Position numbers and translations under genes: made by a program. DNA of 64,000 nucleotides. Source: an uncultured Pseudomonadota bacterium. GTDB lineage: Bacteria > Oederibacteriota > Muellerivitia > Muellerivitales > Muellerivitaceae. The stretch spans positions 1 through 64,000 of the forward strand of contig CAVYRH010000019.1 in NCBI GenBank assembly GCA_963770835.1, read 5' to 3'. The stretch's first letter is position 1. Every line of letters begins with the position of its first letter. The notes under the pieces were generated by a model, which saw nothing but the letters and a program-made list of their open reading frames with translations, searched no databases and was not told the DNA's origin. This document shows positions 1 to 10,217 of the stretch, in pieces.

Positions 1-30
1 CGGATAAACCGGCTGGGGGCGGTAACTATA

Positions 31-738
31 TCACTTGGCGGTCGTTTTTGTAAACTCCGCCGTGTCCACCTTGATCCCGGGCCCCATGCTGGACGTCAAA
101 TGGGCCGAAATAAGGTAGGTTCCCTTGGCCGACGCGGGTTTGACCGAAACCAAGGTCTTGATCAGGGCCTGGGCGTTTTCCACGATTTGTTTCTCATCGA
201 ACTTTATTTTCCCCACACCGGCGTGGCAAATGCCTTGGTCGTCCACACGGTATTCAATCTTACCGGCCTTGATTTCCTTGACCGCCTGGCCCACGTTGGG
301 GGTGACGGTTCCGGCCTTGGGGTTCGGCATGAGGCCCTTGGGGCCCAGGACCTTACCCAACTTACCGGTTTCCCTCATGATGTCGGGGGTCGCCACGAGA
401 ATGTCAAAATCCATGAACCCGGCGGCAATCTTCTCGATAAGTTCATTGTCTCCGGCGTAATCGGCCCGGCTGCCTCTGCCTCTTTAATCTTCTCGCCCTT
501 TGCCAAAACCGCCACCTTCAAGGTTTGCCCGTGCCATGGGGAAGGAAACCGTACCACGAACCTGTTGGTCAGCCTTCTTGGGATCGACGCCGAGTTTGAT
601 ATGGAGCTCGACGGTTTCGTTGAACTTGGCGGGAGCCGCCTTCTTGAGGATCCCAACCGCGTCGGTCAAGGTGTAGGACTTGGTACGATCCACCAACTCG
701 ATGTTTTTCCGATGCCTTTTACTTGCCTTCTTCGCCAT
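31..738 (-). CDS. rplA: 50S ribosomal protein L1 (split over three ORFs by apparent indel errors)
   Basis: N-term [25 protein letters not shown] (484..738), middle [18 protein letters not shown] (375..656), C-term [16 protein letters not shown]...[10 protein letters not shown] (31..414); follows rplK. Confidence 0.95.
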
Positions 739-750
739 TTTTTACCTCCC

Positions 751-789
751 GTGGTCCAACCGCCCCGCCTTCAAGGCAAAGCTCCCCAC
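751..789 (-). promoter_or_regulatory. Candidate L1-binding autoregulatory mRNA leader before rplA
   Basis: Minus strand GTGG-GGAG-CTTTGCCTT-GAAGGCGGGG-CGGTTGG-ACCAC directly followed by SD GGGAGG; GTGG/CCAC outer stem with GGAG internal loop resembles known L1 mRNA sites. Confidence 0.6.
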
Positions 790-814
790 AGTGATTTTTT
801 CAAAGTAACCTCGG

Positions 815-1237
815 TTACTTTTGATTTCGATTCCCATGCTGCGTGCCGTACCTTCCACCATGCGGAGGCGGAGTCCAGTTTTTGCGCGTTCAAATCTGGC
901 ATTTTGGTCTTCGCGATTTCCTCGACCTGCTTCATGGTAACCTTGGCCACCTTTTGCTCGTTGGGTACGGGCGAACCCTTGGCCAAACCCGCCGCCTTCA
1001 AGAGCAGCACCGACGCCGGGGGCGTCTTGGTGATAAAGGTGAAGGAGCGATCTTTATAGATCGAAATCACCACAGGAATGATTAATCCGTCCTGCTTCTG
1101 GGTCGCCGCGTTGAACTGCTTGCAGAACTCCATGATGTTCACGCCGTGCTGCCCTAAAGCTGGCCCCACCGGCGGGGCAGGATTGGCCTTGCCGGCGGGA
1201 TTTGTAGTTTTACCATCGCGTTTAATTCTTTCGCCAT
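815..1237 (-). CDS. rplK: 50S ribosomal protein L11 (frameshifted near both ends)
   Basis: [20 protein letters not shown]...[14 protein letters not shown] at 1237 ([13 protein letters not shown]); C-term [13 protein letters not shown] in a shifted frame. Confidence 0.95.
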
Positions 1238-1304
1238 TACATCTTTCCTAGACTTTCACCTTCAAAATTGGCTGACAGCCGATAGCTGACAGCGGACGTT
1301 GTCG

Positions 1305-1834
1305 TTATTCTTTTTCGATTTGGTGGAATTCCAACTCCACCGGCGTCTGACGCCCGAAAATGGTCACCATCACCTTCACCCTTTCCCGTTCCGGGTTGAT
1401 TTCCTCAACTGATCCCGAGAAATTCGCGAAGGGCCCGTCCATGACTTTCACCAGGTCGCCTTTTTCAAACTGGCTCTTCATGGCCCGGCGCTCGCGGCGC
1501 TTGCCGATGTGTTCCAAAATGGCCGTGACTTCCTCATCCGGCAGGGGAATAGGCTTGTTGCCCGAACCCACGAAACTGGTTACTTTGGGCGTGTTACAAA
1601 CCACTGACCAGGAATTCTCATCCATATCCATTTCCACCAAAATATATCCGGGGAAAAATTTTTGTTTGTCACCCGTTTTTTGCCGGCCCGGGTCTCGGTC
1701 ACCTCTTCGGAGGGAATCAGGATCTGGAAGATCTTGTCCTCCATCTTCATACTTTTGATCCGGTTCTCCAGGTTGGCCTTGACCTTGGCCTCGTACCCCG
1801 AATAGGTATTGATCACGTACCAGCGCTTGGACAT
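1305..1834 (-). CDS. nusG: Transcription termination/antitermination factor NusG (frameshifted)
   Basis: WYVINTYSGYEAKVK N-term; KOW domain GDLVKVMDGPFANFSG...IFGRQTPVELEF; position secE-nusG-rplK. Confidence 0.95.
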
Positions 1835-1863
1835 TTGCAAGAATGCCTCTTTTTCGCTTTAAT

Positions 1864-2063
1864 TTACTTTGAAGCCTTGAGAAGCATTCGATACAAGGCG
1901 CGATCAGATATCGTAACTCGCAATACGATCATCGAAAAAGAATGGTCATGCAAACGACTACCGTGGAGCCCTTGATCTCATCCTGACTCGGCCAGGAAAT
2001 CTTCTTGAATTCGGATCTCGATTCCGCAAACCAAGTCTTAAAATTATTAATAATTTCGAACAT
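1864..2063 (-). CDS. secE: Preprotein translocase subunit SecE (frameshifted, absent from ORF track)
   Basis: Manual translation from ATG 2063: MFEIINNFKTWFAESRSEFKKISWPSQDEIKGSTVVV, containing the SecE ExKKxxWP motif; between tRNA-Trp and nusG. Confidence 0.85.
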
Positions 2064-2102
2064 TTCGCACCCTTCAATTTATCCGATGACCTTTTATTTG
2101 GA

Positions 2103-2178
2103 TGGCAGGGCAGGCAGGACTTGAACCTGCAACACCTGGTTTTGGAGACCAGTGCTCTACCAATTGAGCTACTGCCCT
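2103..2178 (-). tRNA. trnW: tRNA-Trp (CCA)
   Basis: AGGGCAGTAGCTCAATTGGTAGAGCACTGGTCTCCAAAACCAGG...GGTTCAAGTCC...CCA; cloverleaf, anticodon CCA, encoded CCA end. Confidence 0.97.
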
Positions 2179-2191
2179 AATAAATATCGGC

Positions 2192-2341
2192 TTATTTTGT
2201 TTCCTTATGCATGGTATGTTTACGGCACCACCGGCAGTACTTCTTAACCTCCAGCTTTTCCGGCGTCTTCCGCTTATCCCGCGTTTTGTGGTAGTTGCGG
2301 CGTTTGCATTCCGAACAAGCCAATGTAATTTGTTCTCGCAT
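2192..2341 (-). CDS. rpmG: 50S ribosomal protein L33 (zinc-binding form)
   Basis: [17 protein letters not shown]...[20 protein letters not shown]; two CxxC pairs. Confidence 0.95.
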   Translation of the reverse strand: MREQITLACSECKRRNYHKTRDKRKTPEKLEVKKYCRWCRKHTMHKETK

Positions 2342-2382
2342 GGTTTCCTTGATCTCAAAATAATTTTTTATAAACTGCAACC

Positions 2383-3570
2383 CTATTCGATGATCTGGGT
2401 GACGACGCCGGCGCCCACCGTGTGGCCGCCTTCCCGGATCGCGAACCTCAGTTCCTTCTCCATCGCCACCGGCACGATCAACTCGATCTCCATCGTGATG
2501 TTGTCCCCCGGCATGCACATCTCCACTCCCTGCGGCAGCTTGACTGATCCCGTCACGTCCGTCGTCCGGAAGAAGAATGCGGCTTGTACCCGTTGAAAAA
2601 CGGCGTGTGCCGACCACCCTCTTCCTTCGTCAACACGTATACTTCCCCGTTAAACTTCTTGTGCGGGGTGATGCTCTTGGGTTTCGCCAAAACCTGGCCC
2701 CGCTCGATGTCCTTCTTTTCCACGCCGCGCAGGAGGGCTCCGATGTTGTCCCCCGCTTGGGCGTCATCCAGCAGCTTCCGGAACATTTCCACGCCCGTCA
2801 CCACTGTTTCCTTCGTGGGCTTGATTCCAACAATCTCAACCGTGTCCCCCACCTTCACCTTTCCACGTTCCACCCGGCCCGTCGCCACCGTCCCACGGCC
2901 GGTAATCAAGAATACGTCCTCCACCGCCATCAGGAAATCCTTGTCCACGTCCCTCTTGGGATCCGGGATATAGGCATCCACCGCTTCCATCAGCTTGAAA
3001 ATGGCCGGTTCGCCCAGCTCGCCCTGGTCGCCTTCCAAAGCCTTCGTGGCCGATCCCTTGATGACCGGCGTCTTATCTCCGGGAACCCGTACTTGGTCAA
3101 AAGGTCCCGAACTTCCACTTCCACCAGCTCCAAAAGCTCCTTGTCGTCCACCATGTCGCACTTGTTCAGGAAAACCACGATATAGGGAACCCCGACTTGG
3201 CGGGCCAAAAGAATATGTTCCCGCGTCTGGGGCATGGGTCCGTCGCCGCCGAGACCACCAAAATCGCTCCGTCCATCTGCGCCGCGCCCGTCACCATGTT
3301 CTTGATATAGTCCGCGTGGCCTGGGCAGTCCACGTGCGCGTAATGCCGCTTCTCGGTTTGGTACTCCACATGGGAGGTATTGATCGTAACCCCGCGCTCC
3401 CTCTCTTCAGGGGCGTTGTCGATGTCCGCATAACCCTTGGCCGTGGCCCATCCCTTCTTTGCCAATACCGTCGTGATCGCCGCAGTCAGTGTCGTCTTTC
3501 CATGGTCGACGTGCCCGATCGTCCCGATATTCACGTGCGTCTTGTTTCTTACGAATTTCTCTTTTGACAT
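2383..3570 (-). CDS. tuf: Elongation factor Tu (several frameshifts)
   Basis: [48 protein letters not shown] and C-term [10 protein letters not shown] distributed over successive frames. Confidence 0.97.
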
Positions 3571-3699
3571 TTTCGTTCCTCCCTTTTTTCAAAGCGGAAA
3601 CCGGACCGCAAACCGCAACTGTTTATTTTTTGTCCCCATGACCAAGACTCGGGGAACAACCTCCGCCCAATTGAATCGCCCTTTTTAAGGAAGCGAAGG

Positions 3700-3775
<76 letters not shown>

Positions 3776-3797
3776 GGGGATCGTACAAGAGTAAGGT

Positions 3798-3825
3798 ATT
3801 TTACGTTTGAAAGAACCCCTGTCAA
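3798..3825 (-). promoter_or_regulatory. Sigma70-type promoter for tRNA-Thr(GGT)-tuf
   Basis: TTGACA-16 nt-TAAAAT on the minus strand just upstream of the tRNA. Confidence 0.65.
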
Positions 3826-3897
3826 GGAGAAATGGCCTTTTTTCGGCCCATTTTCCCTGCTTTTGCCGCACCGCACCGGACCCGGTATTTTGGAAAA

Positions 3898-5307
3898 CTA
3901 TTTTCGCTTAAAGCTCCTGCCGTGGGGGTCCACGATCTTTTCCATCCTTACGGCCTGATTGTATTTTTCCTCGGTTAGAAGTTGTTTCCCCAACACCACC
4001 TGCCGGATGCTTTTGCCTTCCTTCAAGGCCGTCTTCACCACCTCCGCGGCTTTTTCGTAACCGATGACCGGATTGAGCGCGGCAGCGACCTGCACACTCA
4101 TGTCGGCAAAATAAAGACAGCGTTTTTTATCGGCCTTGATACCACTCACGCATTTCTCATCGAATATCCTTAGCATCCGGGTGATCAGACCCAGCATTTG
4201 GTTCTGGTTGTAAGCGATGACAGGCATCATGACGTTCAATTCCATCTGGCCGGCTTGGGCTGCCATGGCGATGGTGGCGTCAAACCCCAAAACCTGGAAG
4301 CAAACCATGTTCAAGCATTCGGCCATGACCGGATTCACCTTCCCCGGCATGATGGAGGAGCCCGGCTGCATAACGGGAAGCAGGATTTCGCCGAAACCCG
4401 TCGTGGGCCCACTGGTCATTAAGCGAAAATCGTTGGCTATCCGGATTAAATCCAGTGCCAGGTTCCTTATAGAGTTGGAAACGGAAACCATTGGAGCCAT
4501 GCTTTGCATTGCCTCGAAAAGGTTGGGATGGGGCGACAGCTTCAAACCAGTTTGTTCCGAAAGGAGCTTAGCCATGGCCTTGGGGTAATCCTTATGGGTG
4601 TTCAGGCCCGAACCCGCGGCCGAACCCCCGATCCCTAATTCCTCCATATCCTTGGCGGCCGCGGCAATCCGACGGTGGTGTCGTTTGAGGCATTCGCCAT
4701 AGGCCATAAATTCCTGTCCTAGCGAAATAGGAACTGCGTCCTGCAGGTGGGTGCGGCCAGACTTGAAGACCGACTTGAACTCCAACCCCTTTTTAAAGAA
4801 AGTTTTTGAAAGCCTGTCCAAAACCGGAAGGAAATCCCGGACCAACAGGAGGCCGGAGAGGCGGATGGCCGTTGGAATCACGTCGTTGGTGGATTGTCCC
4901 ATGTTGACGTGGTCGTTAGGGTGGACGATTTTATAATCTCCCCGTTTCCCGCCCAGGATTTCGATAGCCCGGTTGGCCAGAACTTCATTAGTATTCATGT
5001 TGTGACTGGTACCGGCTCCGGCTTGGTACACGTCCACCACGAATTGGTCGAGCCATTTTCCTTGTTTGAGTATCGCGTCGGCGGCTTTGACGATGGCGCC
5101 AGCCTTTTTCTTATCCAGCCACCCAACCTTGGAGTGGAACCGGGCGGCGGCCTTCTTAATCTGGACTGTGGTTTCGATAAAAACTTTGTGGGGCTTGATG
5201 CCGCTGACGGGGAAATTCTCAACCGCGCGTTGGGTTTGAACCCCCCAGAGAGCCTCCACCGGAACCTTCAATTCACCGATGGAGTCATGTTCGATGCGGT
5301 ATTTCAT
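3898..5307 (-). CDS. Aspartate ammonia-lyase / class II fumarase family enzyme
   Basis: GSSIMPGKVNP signature, GRTHLQDA, HPNDHVNMGQSTND; QAGAGTSHNMN is closer to aspartase than to FumC. Confidence 0.85.
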   Translation of the reverse strand: MKYRIEHDSIGELKVPVEALWGVQTQRAVENFPVSGIKPHKVFIETTVQIKKAAARFHSKVGWLDKKKAGAIVKAADAILKQGKWLDQFVVDVYQAGAGTSHNMNTNEVLANRAIEILGGKRGDYKIVHPNDHVNMGQSTNDVIPTAIRLSGLLLVRDFLPVLDRLSKTFFKKGLEFKSVFKSGRTHLQDAVPISLGQEFMAYGECLKRHHRRIAAAAKDMEELGIGGSAAGSGLNTHKDYPKAMAKLLSEQTGLKLSPHPNLFEAMQSMAPMVSVSNSIRNLALDLIRIANDFRLMTSGPTTGFGEILLPVMQPGSSIMPGKVNPVMAECLNMVCFQVLGFDATIAMAAQAGQMELNVMMPVIAYNQNQMLGLITRMLRIFDEKCVSGIKADKKRCLYFADMSVQVAAALNPVIGYEKAAEVVKTALKEGKSIRQVVLGKQLLTEEKYNQAVRMEKIVDPHGRSFKRK

Positions 5308-5409
5308 ATAACCTCCGAAAATTTCATCCGGCAGCAACCACCTCTTGATTGTGGGGAAAATAAAAACTTTTTTAGTCGGCCAACCTTGACGGACGACATT
5401 CGTTGGATA

Positions 5410-7209
5410 TTAGAGATTTTCAGTGATGAATTGAAAAAGCGACTGAGCCGCTTCCTCGGGCCCCTTGGTTTCGTAGCCGGAAATACCCAGGCGGGTCCGT
5501 AATTGGCCGACCTTTTTCCCGTTTTTCACCAGCGCGTTGACAAACTTTTCTGCCAGGGCCTCATGTTGCTTCTTTTTTTGGGGAGCACCGAAAGGATTAG
5601 CGAAATAAGTATGAACAAGGCCCTTTTCATCCGTCGTCCCCTTGGCCAGCCGGGCCCCGCTGGAAAAAACTTCCAGGGCTTGTTTCATGTCGGACATGAT
5701 TTCGAGGGCGGGGTGTTCGTCATCCACATTGTCATAATTGTTGGCGTACAAGAACAGGTCCACCGGATAGCCGGCGATGACGTGCCGATACTCTGTGATC
5801 GGCATCACCAAACGGGCATTCCTCATATGGGGGTTCATGAAAGCGGACCTGTCGATTTCGGCATAAGCATAGCCGGGATGCAAGTCGTCCAAACGGACAA
5901 AGGCGCCCACCTCCGTGCCGCAGCCGACCACTTGGCCTTCCGGAGTCATGCTGAGGGAACCCATATCGTCAAAAACCACTGTCAATTGGCGGATATATTT
6001 GTCAGCCAAAACCCGAAAAGCTTCGAGGGACTCGGATTTACCTGCGCCGGAGTCCCCCACAATGACGACCTGGGCGCTCTTACCCGATTTTAAGTCGATC
6101 TTCGCCATGGCGCCGTGGATGGGCAGGTTTCCCCGCTCGATCATGATGAGGTTATGGATGGTTAAGGCGGTTTTCTTGAAGTAACCGAAGTAGTCCACGT
6201 CGGGAAGCTGATAAGCTACCGCCCCCACAACCACATTGTTAGTCTTATCCTCAAAATATCCCACTAATTGGTTATCCATGAGGGCAGGATCAATTCCGAA
6301 CAACATGACGCCGTCCGGTTTGCGGTTGGCGACTTCTTGGGCGCTGGCCAGTTCAAAAAGGTTTGAGAGCCCCGCCGAGTGGGAAACGAAATCTTTATGG
6401 AAATAAATGAAGACAAGTAAGCTTCCGATTTTGGCCGGAAAACAAAGCCAACGGGAGGAGTCCAACTTGACCGAGTCCATGGGGTTTTTGGTCAAGGAGT
6501 TGAACTTGCCTTTGCGCTTGTTGCTCTTGGTGTAATAAATGAGCGGCGGGTAAATGAGGGACAAACGGATAAAGGGGATGTTTTTCAGTTTTTGGTAGGT
6601 TTCAGAGGGAAATTTCCAATTAATTTTTTCCGCCAAAAGCCCGACGCCCACCCCTGCCGGCAGTTGTCGGTAGACCTTAAACCAGTCCCCTGTCACATGA
6701 GCGGAAATATGCCGGTAGGTGCCTAATACCAGGTTTTTAAATTCCTCATTGGCGCGGATGAAGATAGGGTGATATTCCTTCAGGTCGATTCCACCGTCCT
6801 CCACGTCCCGGTCGAAAATCACGAACCTTTCCCTGCGGCGCCAGTAACTGTAAAGTTCCTCGATGAAATCCTTCAAAAGAACTAAATCCGTCGCGGCGTG
6901 GCTCGTTTCATGAACATCCTTCGCCAAGAGGTCTTTGAGGAAATCAGCCAATTTGCGGGTGTCGTATCCATTGCCCGCCTTGAAGGACGAAAGGCAGTTT
7001 AACAATGGGGAGTCTTGGGCTGTCATTTTCTTGAGGAAATGCTGCAGGACCAGCTGGAAGCCGTCGCTGGAAAGAAGCTCTTCTGGAGTGCGGCAAAGCC
7101 CTGGGTGGCCATAAAGGATCACCCGGTCATCCATGAACTCGTTCATTTCGGTAACCGGATTCGGGTTGCCGGGAATGTCAGTTTCGAATTTTTCTTTTTC
7201 GGACAGCAT
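5410..7209 (-). CDS. Phosphoenolpyruvate carboxykinase-like protein (divergent type)
   Basis: YFGYFKK, LPIHGAM, P-loop GDSGAGKSE, VFDDMG, NAR, ANPFG in the order of PEPCK motifs; ORF extends to 7224. Confidence 0.75.
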   Translation of the reverse strand: MLSEKEKFETDIPGNPNPVTEMNEFMDDRVILYGHPGLCRTPEELLSSDGFQLVLQHFLKKMTAQDSPLLNCLSSFKAGNGYDTRKLADFLKDLLAKDVHETSHAATDLVLLKDFIEELYSYWRRRERFVIFDRDVEDGGIDLKEYHPIFIRANEEFKNLVLGTYRHISAHVTGDWFKVYRQLPAGVGVGLLAEKINWKFPSETYQKLKNIPFIRLSLIYPPLIYYTKSNKRKGKFNSLTKNPMDSVKLDSSRWLCFPAKIGSLLVFIYFHKDFVSHSAGLSNLFELASAQEVANRKPDGVMLFGIDPALMDNQLVGYFEDKTNNVVVGAVAYQLPDVDYFGYFKKTALTIHNLIMIERGNLPIHGAMAKIDLKSGKSAQVVIVGDSGAGKSESLEAFRVLADKYIRQLTVVFDDMGSLSMTPEGQVVGCGTEVGAFVRLDDLHPGYAYAEIDRSAFMNPHMRNARLVMPITEYRHVIAGYPVDLFLYANNYDNVDDEHPALEIMSDMKQALEVFSSGARLAKGTTDEKGLVHTYFANPFGAPQKKKQHEALAEKFVNALVKNGKKVGQLRTRLGISGYETKGPEEAAQSLFQFITENL

Positions 7210-7280
7210 TGCTTTTTTCCTCAAGTTGAACTGAAGCGATAGCGGGATTCGTGAGCGGGGCGGCTTCTTTTTCGATTATA

Positions 7281-7355
7281 TGGAGCGGGAGACCGGATTC
7301 GAACCGGCGACGTCCACCTTGGAAGGGTGGCATTCTACCACTGAATTACTCCCGC
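7281..7355 (-). tRNA. trnG: tRNA-Gly (TCC)
   Basis: GCGGGAGTAATTCAGTGGTAGAATGCCACCCTTCCAAGGTGG...GGTTCGAATCC...CCA. Confidence 0.97.
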
Positions 7356-7447
7356 ACCGAATTTCCAAAAGTATCCCAGTTTTCGACTTTAGAGTAAAGA
7401 TAAGGACATCCTTCGCTTACCTGATTCCTATTCAAGAAAGCCAAGGA

Positions 7448-7535
7448 TGGTGGACAGGGCAGGATTCGAACCTGCGTAGGCCGGTCGGCCGGCAGATTTA
7501 CAGTCTGCTCCCATTGACCACTCGGGCACCTGTCC
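7448..7535 (-). tRNA. trnY: tRNA-Tyr (GTA)
   Basis: GGACAGGTGCCCGAGTGG...GCAGACTGTAAATCTGC, long variable arm, GGTTCGAATCC...CCA. Confidence 0.97.
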
Positions 7536-7577
7536 ACAAATTTTCAAGAAAAGCCGAGTCTTTTCCCCCTAAAAAAA

Positions 7578-7653
7578 TGGAGCTGGCGACCGGAATCGAA
7601 CCGGTGACCTGCCGCTTACAAGGCGGCTGCTCTACCAGCTGAGCTACGCCAGC
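7578..7653 (-). tRNA. trnT: tRNA-Thr (TGT)
   Basis: GCTGGCGTAGCTCAGCTGGTAGAGCAGCCGCCTTGTAAGCGGC...GGTTCGATTCC...CCA. Confidence 0.97.
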
Positions 7654-7688
7654 CTCCGCAAGCCTTCACACTTTGTAAGGGGAAGGGG

Positions 7689-7717
7689 ATTATAAAAGTG
7701 ACCCCGGGAGGCGTCAA
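7689..7717 (-). promoter_or_regulatory. Near-consensus sigma70 promoter for the tRNA cluster
   Basis: TTGACG-17 nt-TATAAT on the minus strand upstream of tRNA-Thr(TGT). Confidence 0.8.
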
Positions 7718-7733
7718 GCAGCAACGCCTTATT

Positions 7734-8681
7734 TTACCATTTGAACCCGCCGCCCTTGTTTTTGCCAGGCGGGTCCGCAGCGTTATCCTCCAGGTTATCG
7801 GAAGGGCTTATATCGAAGTTTTGAGCAGGGCCCTCACCTGGAGTTTGAGTAGCTGGATCAGGGCCGGCCCGAAAAAAGTCTTTTTCGGGGGAAAGCCCCA
7901 CACCATAGGAAGAAAGGGGCGGTTCTTTCGTCACCCGGCCCAGGCCCCAGGTCCTTTGCCGGGTCACCTCAAACAACACCAAGCCCGCCGCCACGGAAGC
8001 ATTCAACGAGGACATCTTGCCCGCCATGGGTATTTTGACCAACTCGTCGCAATTTTCCTTTACCAGGCGCCTTAAACCCTGGCCCTCATTGCCTATTATC
8101 AAAGCCACCGGCTGGCGATAGTCGTAATCGTAGAAATTCTTTTCACTCTCTCCATCGGTTCCTACGACCCATATGTTTGCATCCTTAAGTCTTTTAATGG
8201 TTTCATTCATGTTGGTAACTTTGACAGTGGCCACATGCTCCGCTGCACCAGCCGACGCTTTGATAACGGTGGCATTCACTTCCGCCGCCCGGTGTTTGGG
8301 AATGACGACGCCATGCACCCCCGCCGCCTCCGCGGAGCGCAGGATGGCCCCCAGGTTATGGGGATCTTCAATTTCATCCAGCAAAAGGATGAAAGCGGGC
8401 TCATTCTTTTTTCGGGCGATATCAAGAAGATCCTCAAGATCGGCATATTGGAAGTCCTCCACGACGGCGATGACGCCCTGGTGCTTTTCGGTGGCGGCCA
8501 TGGTATCCATGCGGTGACGGGTTTCCATGTTGATGGGAATACCCTTGGCCTTGGCGTGGGCTTCGATTTGGTTGAGGACCTCGTCCCGCGAACCCTGCAT
8601 CAGGTAAAGGCGGGACATGGCACGGTTTCCCGAACGGATAGCTTCTAAAACTGGTTTACGACCGTAAATTTTTTCACTCAT
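7734..8681 (-). CDS. rlmB: 23S rRNA G2251 2'-O-methyltransferase RlmB (with C-terminal extension)
   Basis: HQGVIA, DPHNLGAILRS, GNEGQG, SLNASVA SPOUT motifs; after cysS. Confidence 0.92.
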   Translation of the reverse strand: MSEKIYGRKPVLEAIRSGNRAMSRLYLMQGSRDEVLNQIEAHAKAKGIPINMETRHRMDTMAATEKHQGVIAVVEDFQYADLEDLLDIARKKNEPAFILLLDEIEDPHNLGAILRSAEAAGVHGVVIPKHRAAEVNATVIKASAGAAEHVATVKVTNMNETIKRLKDANIWVVGTDGESEKNFYDYDYRQPVALIIGNEGQGLRRLVKENCDELVKIPMAGKMSSLNASVAAGLVLFEVTRQRTWGLGRVTKEPPLSSYGVGLSPEKDFFRAGPDPATQTPGEGPAQNFDISPSDNLEDNAADPPGKNKGGGFKW

Positions 8682-8702
8682 GAAAAACCAATCGGGGAAG
8701 GA

Positions 8703-10133
8703 TTATTTTTTCGGCAGAATCCGGTGTTGCCCGCCTTTGACATCTTCAATTGTAAACCCCAGGGCGAGGACTTTGGCCCGTATTTCGTCGGCTTCCTTGA
8801 ATTTCTTTTCCCCTTTAAGTTGGAGGCGGGTTTTGGCCAATTCTTCCACTTCCTTGGGAATGGCAACCCTTTGGGTGGAGGTAATTCCCAGAAGACCCCC
8901 AAGTTTGTTTAGTTTGCCCAAGGCTTCGGTCAAAAGGCTCTTGGCCCCCACCGTCGGCCGGTCGGATTGGCTTAAAACCCGTCGAATCTCCCGGGCCAAG
9001 TCGAAAAGGGCCGCCATGGCCTTGGGAGTATTGAAGTCGTCGTCCATTGATTCCTTGAACTTGGTTTCCACCTCATCGATGGCCAAGCGCAACTCTAAAA
9101 GGTCCATGGGGCCAGTCCCATCAGATCCGGCCAAGGCATCCTCGATCCGCTGGAAAGTGAGGTTGAATTCTTCCCATCCACGCCGAGCCCCTTCCAGAAT
9201 ATCCCGGTCATAATTCAACCCGCTGCGGTAATGGGCGCTTAAGAAGAAGTAGCGGAGGACTTCAGGCCTAAAATCTTTCAAGGCGTCCTTAGCCTTCCAG
9301 ATATTACCGAGAGACTTGCTCATCTTTTGCCCGGAGATTTCAATAAAACCGTTATGCAACCAATATTTCACATAGGGCTTTTCGGTGTAAGCTTCGCATT
9401 GGGCGATTTCGTTTTCATGATGCGGGAAAATGAGGTCAATTCCCCCCCCATGGATATCAATAGTATCTCCCAAGAGTTTCCGCACCATGGTGGAGCACTC
9501 GATATGCCAGCCGGGCCGCCCCTTTCCCCAGGGCGAATCCCACATAGGCTCGCCGGGCTTGGCGGCTTTCCATAAAACAAAATCCGTTGGACTCCGCTTG
9601 GATTCGTTTTTTTCAACCCTTGCCCCTTCCATTAATTCCTCAAGGTTCTTGCCGGAAAGTTTTCCATAAGCCTTGAAGGATTTCGAGTCGAATAAAACAT
9701 CCTTCCCGAACTCCGTAGAAGGAACCGAGTAAGCATGGTCTTTCTCCACTAAACCCGATATGAGATCAATCATTTCTTTTATAAAGTCCGTTGCCTTCGG
9801 ATGGATGTCGGCCTTTTGAACACCCAACTTATCCATTACTTCGAAATAGGCTTTGGTAAAAGTCTCGGCCACTTCCTTGGTGTCCCTTTTCTCATCAATA
9901 GCAATCTTGATGATCTTGTCGTCAATATCGGTGATGTTCACCGCGTAAGTAACTTGATATCCGGAATAAACGAGGTATTTTCGGATGACGTCGAAATTAA
10001 TCTGTGACCGGGCGTTGCCGATGTGGATATCTCCGTAAACCGTGGGACCACAAACATACATCTTTACTTGGGGAGGGTTCAGGGGTTCAAAAGGTTCTTT
10101 TTCGCCGGTCAGGGTGTTAGTCACTCTTATCAT
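8703..10133 (-). CDS. cysS: Cysteine--tRNA ligase
   Basis: YVCGPTVY, HIGNAR, GRPGWHIECS, KMSKSLGN, DDFNTP. Confidence 0.97.
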   Translation of the reverse strand: MIRVTNTLTGEKEPFEPLNPPQVKMYVCGPTVYGDIHIGNARSQINFDVIRKYLVYSGYQVTYAVNITDIDDKIIKIAIDEKRDTKEVAETFTKAYFEVMDKLGVQKADIHPKATDFIKEMIDLISGLVEKDHAYSVPSTEFGKDVLFDSKSFKAYGKLSGKNLEELMEGARVEKNESKRSPTDFVLWKAAKPGEPMWDSPWGKGRPGWHIECSTMVRKLLGDTIDIHGGGIDLIFPHHENEIAQCEAYTEKPYVKYWLHNGFIEISGQKMSKSLGNIWKAKDALKDFRPEVLRYFFLSAHYRSGLNYDRDILEGARRGWEEFNLTFQRIEDALAGSDGTGPMDLLELRLAIDEVETKFKESMDDDFNTPKAMAALFDLAREIRRVLSQSDRPTVGAKSLLTEALGKLNKLGGLLGITSTQRVAIPKEVEELAKTRLQLKGEKKFKEADEIRAKVLALGFTIEDVKGGQHRILPKK

Positions 10134-10217
10134 GAAAGGCCTCTTAATTAAAGAATAAGCTTCCAACACAAAGCCTCTAAGACATCAAAAAAACGTCATT
10201 TAAAAAATCTTTATGTC

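Noticed and set aside
31..3570. Multiple frameshifts in rplA, rplK, nusG, secE and tuf suggesting pseudogenes or programmed frameshifting
   Set aside because: These are core genes with intact motifs across frames, and the breaks cluster at one end of the window. Sequencing or consensus indel errors are the simplest explanation; read mapping would confirm.
3776..7280. Integrative element or prophage inserted at tRNA-Gly
   Set aside because: No integrase, no duplicated tRNA 3' end found at the far boundary, and the cargo is two ordinary metabolic genes.
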